This document shows, piece after piece, positions 60,984 to 64,000 of a DNA stretch of 64,000 nt (position 1 is its first letter; each line of letters opens with the position of its first letter). The position numbers and the translations under genes are program-made. Origin of the DNA: Vairimorpha necatrix (Eukaryota); assembly GCA_036630325.1 (NCBI GenBank), contig CP142726.1, positions 248,001 through 312,000 of the forward strand. Direction: 5' to 3'. The notes under the pieces were generated by a model. It did no database searches and was not told the origin of the DNA. It saw only the letters and a list, made by a program, of their open reading frames with translations.

Positions 60984-62758
60984 GGCAAGCCGATTTTTCG
61001 GCCTTAGGCCGAAAAATCGGTCTTTCGGCCTAAAAAAAATTATTTTAAAATACCCCAATGGAAAATTTATCCCACGAAGAACTGTGTGAAGTTCGTTCCA
61101 AAAGGGGAGGAAAAAAGATATTATATGCAGGACATGCGTATAATTTCAGATATAACGGAAAAGAAAAAATAATATGGAGATGTAGAGCAGAAAACTGCAC
61201 TTCAAAACTTCATACAAATTTAGATTGTAGTTTTTTAAGCGTTACCCCCCACAACCACGAGCCAGACTTCGACAAAAATAAATTCGAATATTCCTACGGT
61301 CAAATCTTAAAACGGGCAGAGGAAACTGCCGAGACGTCAAGAATTATAATTTTTGACGCGTTGAAAGAATATTCTAATGAAGCTTTAGAAAAACACCTGA
61401 TATCTTTAGTATTGGGGATAGAATTAAGAGAATGCGAAACGGGAGGCATAGTTACTCAACTCCCGATAAAACTGATATTCCGAATTCAATTAAATATTTG
61501 CCTACAGGCGAATTATTTGTGCAATTTGATTCTGGGATAGAAGATAAGGAAAGAGTCGTGATTCTTTGCACGCTAGAAAATTTAATACACCTTGAGAATA
61601 CTAAAACTATTTTAATGGATGGTACTTTCAAGTTTGCTCCATCTAAGTTCAAGCAATTCTATACTCTAGTCGCGTATATCAATATTAAGTACATTCCTTT
61701 GGTATTTATACTAATGAAAAAAAAAAATGAGGCATCATATAAGAAAATATGTGATTTTATAGTGGAAAAAGCACCAAACTTTAACCCTAAATGTTTTAAT
61801 TTAGATTTCGAATTAGCACCAAGAAAAGCTTTTAAACAGCTTTTCCTGCCGCAGTTTTCTATGGGTGCAATTTTCATTTTTCCCAGATTATTTATAGGAA
61901 AGTGCAAGAGTTGAAAATGAGCACGTTGTATCGAAATGATATCGAATTTAGAATGAATATAAGAAGGATTTTAGCGTTAAGTTTTGTTAAACCTATTGAG
62001 GTTCTAAATTATTTTTGTCTGATTAAAGAAAAGCTTATGTCAAGGAGTAATAGAAAGAGATATGAAACAATTTTAGGATTTGTATTTAAAAATTATATTG
62101 ACATTGACGCAGAAGAGATTTTATTTTGGAATGTTTATGAACGAGTATTAAATAAGTTACCAAGAACTACGAATAGTTTAGAAGGATTTCATAGATCGCT
62201 TGATAATCTTTTTACTGTAGCAAATCCAGATTTGGGTGTTTTTGGAGAAAAGTAACATGAGGAGCAATTGAAAAGCAGGCAAAAAATTCTACGCGCTTAT
62301 TACAAGTCTTTTAAAGTAAATGACAAGTGTAAAAAATATATAAGAGAAAAATATATATATGATATTGTATCCAATTTGAAACCATAGACGCGCTTGATTA
62401 TTTATTTCAAATTTCATCTACTCTTGAATACCCTTTTACATTATTAAACTAATATTAGTTATTTGGTTTAGTTTTATTGTTTTTTTATATTATTTATTTA
62501 TTTTTTTTTATTTATTTATTTATTTATTTTTATTTATTTATTTATTTATTTTTTTTTTTTATTTATTTATTTATTTATTTTTTTTATTTTTTTATTTTTT
62601 TTATTTTTTTTATTTTTTTTATTTTTTTTATTTTTTTATTTTTTTATTTTTTTATTTTTTTATTTTTTTATTTTTTTATTTTTTTATTTTTTTATTTTTT
62701 TATTTTTTTTAGGCCGAAAGACCGATTTTTCGGCCTAAGGCCGAAAAATCGGTCAGCC
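60984..62758 (+). mobile_element. MULE/Mutator transposon with frameshifted transposase (61058-~62400)
   Basis: ~55-bp TIRs containing CCGATTTTTCGGCCTTAGGCCGAAAAATCGG; FLYWCH-like WRC...HNH; MDGTFK, LDFE.A, PRTTNSLEGFH. Confidence 0.92.
62480..62710 (+). repeat. (TTTA)n grading into (T6-8 A)n simple repeat inside the right arm of the MULE
   Basis: Directly visible. Confidence 0.95.
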
Positions 62759-63622
62759 CCAAGAACACAACAAAATTATAAATTTCAAATGATAATTTAA
62801 TGCCAGGTAAAAAGCTGTTTTTTTGCCCTGCATTCTTGTCTCATACACCTATAAACTAATCTTTCCTTTCCCCTTTCCAATAATATTGTAAGCTTTGCAA
62901 CAACACGATCACAAGAACCACATCGTCTAATCAAATTAATAATTCCAGTCTTTATCATGTAGTAATTACATGAGGCAAGACTGGAAAACAAAGGATGTCT
63001 ATAATTATAAAAGTTTTTTTTTGTCATTTTTGGGTCTTTTTTAAAAAAAATAAAAATTATTAATTTTTGCTTTTCTCCGTTTTGCTGCCCCATTTTTTTG
63101 GGGGCAGCAAAACGGAGAAGCGCCGCAAATATATATTCAACTAGGTTGTGACCTGCAGATACTTTTTGTTTGATAATTTAATACATGAACAAGTCGTTTT
63201 TCGCTTTTGGGTGCGTCTTAATACGTTATGTTTATCCTCAAATGGTGAATCACACAAGTTTCATCTGATCAATTTTATGATTTTTGTGTACATGTTCAGC
63301 ATCTAATTCGTTTCGAATGCAATATGGAAAGTAGAAATATTATAATGTTGTCGGTATTCAGACCCAGTTATTGTCAATGGAAGCTCATAACAGACCACTG
63401 CGATAAGGAAATCTAGCATTATACATCGAAGAAGTTTCTAGTAAAAACAATCAAAAGGCGCTAATCAATTTATAGGTCAGTTAATTTCATAAAAGGATGC
63501 GAGGATGTAGTAAACTATAAAAATATAAAGTATATCAAAAATACATTAAAATGAAGAAAATTGATGGATAAAAAATCCAAATAAAATTTATATAAAATAA
63601 AAAAAAAACTTTAGAAAAAAAC

Positions 63623-64000
63623 GGTACATGATCTTTTGGATTCCGCTTTGAAATTTCAAAGGACTCCCTTTCAAAAAATGGCAAAATTCGCAAAAACAAT
63701 GTTTGTTGAGGCAGATGAGCTTTTTATTGATGAAATGAATTTATAGGTGGCAAACAAAGAAAAGTTTATTTTGAAAACATTTGATGCTGACTCTGCGCGA
63801 GCCTTGCTCGTTTCTCTAAAAAGCAAAAATACTGCTATTTTCTTGAGGCAATACAAAATAATGTATAACCTGTATAATTATGATCTCTAATCAATGGATA
63901 GAATATGAAGCCACATGAGACAAGCAAAGAATGGATACACAGTACTTTGAATCATTGTATCAACGCTGTAAACCCTAGCGATTCCGAGACACAATACCAA
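63623..64000 (+). mobile_element. Merlin-type element (GGTACATG TIR family) running off the window end
   Basis: TIR GGTACATGATCTTTTGGA; collinear with 47135-47510 (GGCAGATGAGCTTTT, ATTATGATCTCTAATCAAT, GAGACACAATACCAA). Confidence 0.8.

Larger units (their letters stand above)
60221..63124 (-). mobile_element. Merlin transposon with degenerate transposase, interrupted by a MULE
   Basis: TIRs GG(C/T)GCTTCTCCGTTTTGCTGCCCCCAAAAAAATGGGGCAGCAAAA; ISDGHPSY, VNHSIGF, HTNNIKNFW (60289-60573); N-terminus starts ~63027. No TSD. Confidence 0.9.

Noticed and set aside
1-64000. CRISPR arrays, rRNA genes, prokaryotic operons or telomeric repeats
   Set aside because: No repeat-spacer periodicity, rRNA motifs, operon structure or TTAGG-type arrays seen.

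Overview
AT-rich, gene-poor eukaryotic DNA, most likely microsporidian (inference: no visible introns, CCC/GGG motif just before start codons, and the transposon repertoire). Host genes are few: an intact ABCG half-transporter, a secreted-type protein with a truncated paralog, a tandem homeobox pseudogene pair and several broken ORFs. Much of the rest is nested mobile DNA: six Ty3/Gypsy LTR elements (one intact), three solo LTRs, Merlin and MULE DNA transposons, a Ginger-like integrase remnant and restriction-endonuclease-type non-LTR fragments. Main observations: (1) a ~780-bp tRNA-headed, A-tailed, hairpin-rich SINE-like family in four copies, with a filled and an empty site both in the window; (2) a 3.2-kb Gypsy element with 49-bp LTRs and no recognisable protease; (3) a shared layout in which the gag ATG lies inside the LTR and the PBS is translated; (4) a MULE flanked by a ~80-bp duplication. 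All alignments were made by eye.
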